A stretch of DNA of 63,826 bases, counting the filler, from Reclinomonas americana ATCC 50394 (taxonomy: Eukaryota): NCBI GenBank assembly GCA_048213135.1. It is 20 parts of 20 records of this genome, joined end to end, with 100 filler letters (N's around TTAATTAATTAA, not from the genome) between each part and the next. Parts side by side here need not be neighbours in the genome. Positions count along the whole stretch, not along the records: positions 60,519 to 62,444 come from AFZH01021463.1; positions 62,545 to 63,826 come from AFZH01021469.1; 18 more parts are not named here. One strand, given 5' to 3'. Below the pieces are notes generated by a model. The model had not been told where the DNA came from. It did not search any database and worked only from the letters and a program-made list of their open reading frames with translations. The number at the start of each line of letters is the position of its first letter. Positions within the stretch are counted from its first letter, which is position 1. Made by a program: the position numbers and the translations under genes. Below, in pieces: positions 61,461-63,826 of this stretch.

Positions 61461-63826
61461 CAACAATGTCATCAGCAAGAAAACACACAAACATCCTGCA
61501 TCACGAGTCATAGTTCACAAACCACACAAGATACGATCCACCAGCAAGACTGCCGTCGCCGGTCGACACTGTCAGTGTGCGCGCTCCAGCCGATCCACCC
61601 ACTGCTCCGCTCGTCATGTTGTACGTCGTCGTGCCAGTCGTACACGTGCCGCCGCCGCCAGACACCAATCGTACAACGTCAATCGCAGTCAGTGCTCGAC
61701 CAGTCACCGTCACCGTCTGTCCGGCTGTACTTGCACCGATTGCAGCTGGAGAGAACGACTCCGCCAGCTTGGCTGCAGTCCGATTCACAAGACAGAGAGA
61801 CAAAATGAGCCACAAAAATGAAACACAATAAAACAACATGACAACATAAAGACTACTACAAAGAAACAGTACGCAACAAACGGTCAGTGCTCCCGTCAGC
61901 GCCACAAACGACCCAGTGTTGTCGTACTTGTAGCTGTTCCATGCACAACACGTCAGTCGAAACAGTAGAAAATCTCATAAAAGAGAATCACCTTGCAAAG
62001 ACCATAGAAAACAACAACAGGCACGCCAGCCCAATCCCTCCACACCGCATCCCATCTCATCTCCACACACACACACACTCACCACACCACGTACGATCCA
62101 GCCGGTGTCAGATTCACATTCACCGCAGTGCCAACCACAGTCCGCGCTCCCGCAACACCTCCCGCCGATCCCACAGCCAGATCGTACGTCGTCGCTCCGC
62201 CACACGAAGCACCGAGCACCAGACGAATCGCATCGGCCGTCGTCAAACCACGTCCAGTCACCGTGATCGTCTGTCCACTCGTCTCCGCCACGATCGCACT
62301 TGGCGAGAATGACTCCGCCAGTTTGCCTAAAAAAAAAAAGAATCAGAAATAAAGGAAACAGTGGCGGTGCAGCAGCGCATCCAGTTTGCAAGTACCCTCT
62401 CCCTCTCCCTCTCCCTCTCCCTCCCTCTCTCCCTCCATATTATGNNNNNNNNNNNNNNNNNNNNNNNNNNNNNNNNNNNNNNNNNNNNTTAATTAATTAA
62501 NNNNNNNNNNNNNNNNNNNNNNNNNNNNNNNNNNNNNNNNNNNNGCCCACTGAAGAATCTCCAATGTACAGAATCCGTCGCACTTCGTCCAGATACAGAT
62601 TGCGCGGATCCACAAACTTGGCAGAGGTTGCGGCACCCACAATGAACCCACTGGTATTCTGGCCCACAAGAGTGCCAAGCTGCACCGGACTCGCCGCCAA
62701 GTCCAGCTGCCTAACCTTGCGTCCGCTCGTCGATCCCACGTACAGCTTGCTGACTGACAGATCGAGAGCGAGCCCGGCGGGTTCGTTGAATGTTGGTGTG
62801 GTGGTTGAACAGTCGCCATCGGCGCCGCCAGAAGTACCGTATTGACCACACAGCAGGGTGATGGACGAGCCGTCGACATTCACACGCCTGCCACAAAAAA
62901 AAAAATATAAGATAAAGCCATACGAGTTACCCATAACACCGCAACTGCCGAATTGGCGGCATACACCGACAAGTGAAATAGCTCCTCACTGATACAAAGC
63001 ACAAATACTGCTCAACGAACTCGCACCAAAACAAGATCACATGTCCACTCCCCACCTCAGAAACTACTGGTCTACTACAACAAATCTACTCGCTGCGCGA
63101 TACCTCACCTTACAGTATGCTTGTTGAACTCGGAAAAGTAAAGCACCTGGTTGCCCACGTCGTACACCACACTGTAGATGAAGTCTGGAGCAGGCGTCGC
63201 ACTGCTGCTCGTGACCAACGATGTCGTGTAGCCAGTTGACGACACTCGTCGTAGTGCGTTGTTTGATGTCTGCGATAACAGACAAGTGAGTTCACAGTGA
63301 CGAGAATAGCCAACATCCAACAACCAAGCAGATGTGACGACAACAAGGAGGATTTAAGGCCCGAAAGCGACACGATGCAAGGCCCGAAAGCGACACGATG
63401 CAAGGCCACGGGAGGACGGCAAGACAGGAACGAAGGGTGTACATCGTAAATATAGATGTGTGTGCAGAAAGAGAGAGAGAGAGAGAGAGAAGAAAAAAAG
63501 AAGACAAGCCCATTGTCTCACGCACGTCAGCAACGAAAAGTGTGCTCGACTCTAGATCAATAGCAAGGCCTCGTGGACTGCACAGGCGCACAAAACAATA
63601 TCAACATCATGTCAGATACACGACATCAAAAGCGACAGCAATCTCAGAATCACAAAATTCACACGAACCTGTTGAATCGCGCCGTAGACGCCGCACCATC
63701 CACCAATGCTCCAGTCGCTCCACACACGCCAGCAAATGTCGAAACCATGCCCGATGACACGTCGATGAATCGAATACAGTTGTTGCTGCGCGAGAGCAAC
63801 GACACGCATTGGAAGGAAGGAGAGGG
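50165..63826 (-). CDS. Giant extracellular protein: NHL-like repeats, at least 12 IPT/TIG-like repeats and H-type-lectin-like C-terminal domain(s); 5'-partial
   Basis: NHL-like PRGLAIDLESSTLFVAD and PAGLALDLSVSKLYVG; repeats of SF.P.SI.AET.G..ITVTG.GL...D.V.LV....C.G...G.Y.VC; H-lectin-like MSTGTGTRSV....F...FPAIPTVLFGISAL. Single-gene continuity across three gaps is inferred. Confidence 0.65.

Noticed and set aside
1..63826. tRNA, rRNA or snRNA genes
   Set aside because: None recognisable by eye. A covariance-model search would be needed to exclude them.

Overview
This is eukaryotic (protist-like) genomic scaffold with many short spliceosomal introns, extensive microsatellites and 19 artificial 100-bp gap spacers (N44-TTAATTAATTAA-N44). 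Spliced by hand, it holds about 20 intron-containing genes: a PIG-L/LmbE deacetylase, a calmodulin-like protein, RCC1-repeat and PH-domain proteins, U1-C, an ARM-like protein, MCT-1, an SDR, a GNAT, UBE2S, GalE, coiled-coil and CH-domain proteins, a P4-ATPase, an aquaporin, KRR1 and a giant NHL/IPT-like/H-lectin-like surface protein. There are also two tandem clusters totalling 8 intronless WD40 genes with a shared C-terminal tail, and a frameshifted DExH helicase with no clear intron. The two most striking signals concern splicing. (1) About 20 intron donors belong to a second class, H|GTTGCGT, which is the common G|GTGCGT donor shifted by one nucleotide. (2) The U1-C gene itself can only be read through by two-step removal of a nested [D1,2] twin intron whose rebuilt donor belongs to that GTT class; one-step splicing gives an immediate stop. 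All gene models are manual inferences without transcript data.
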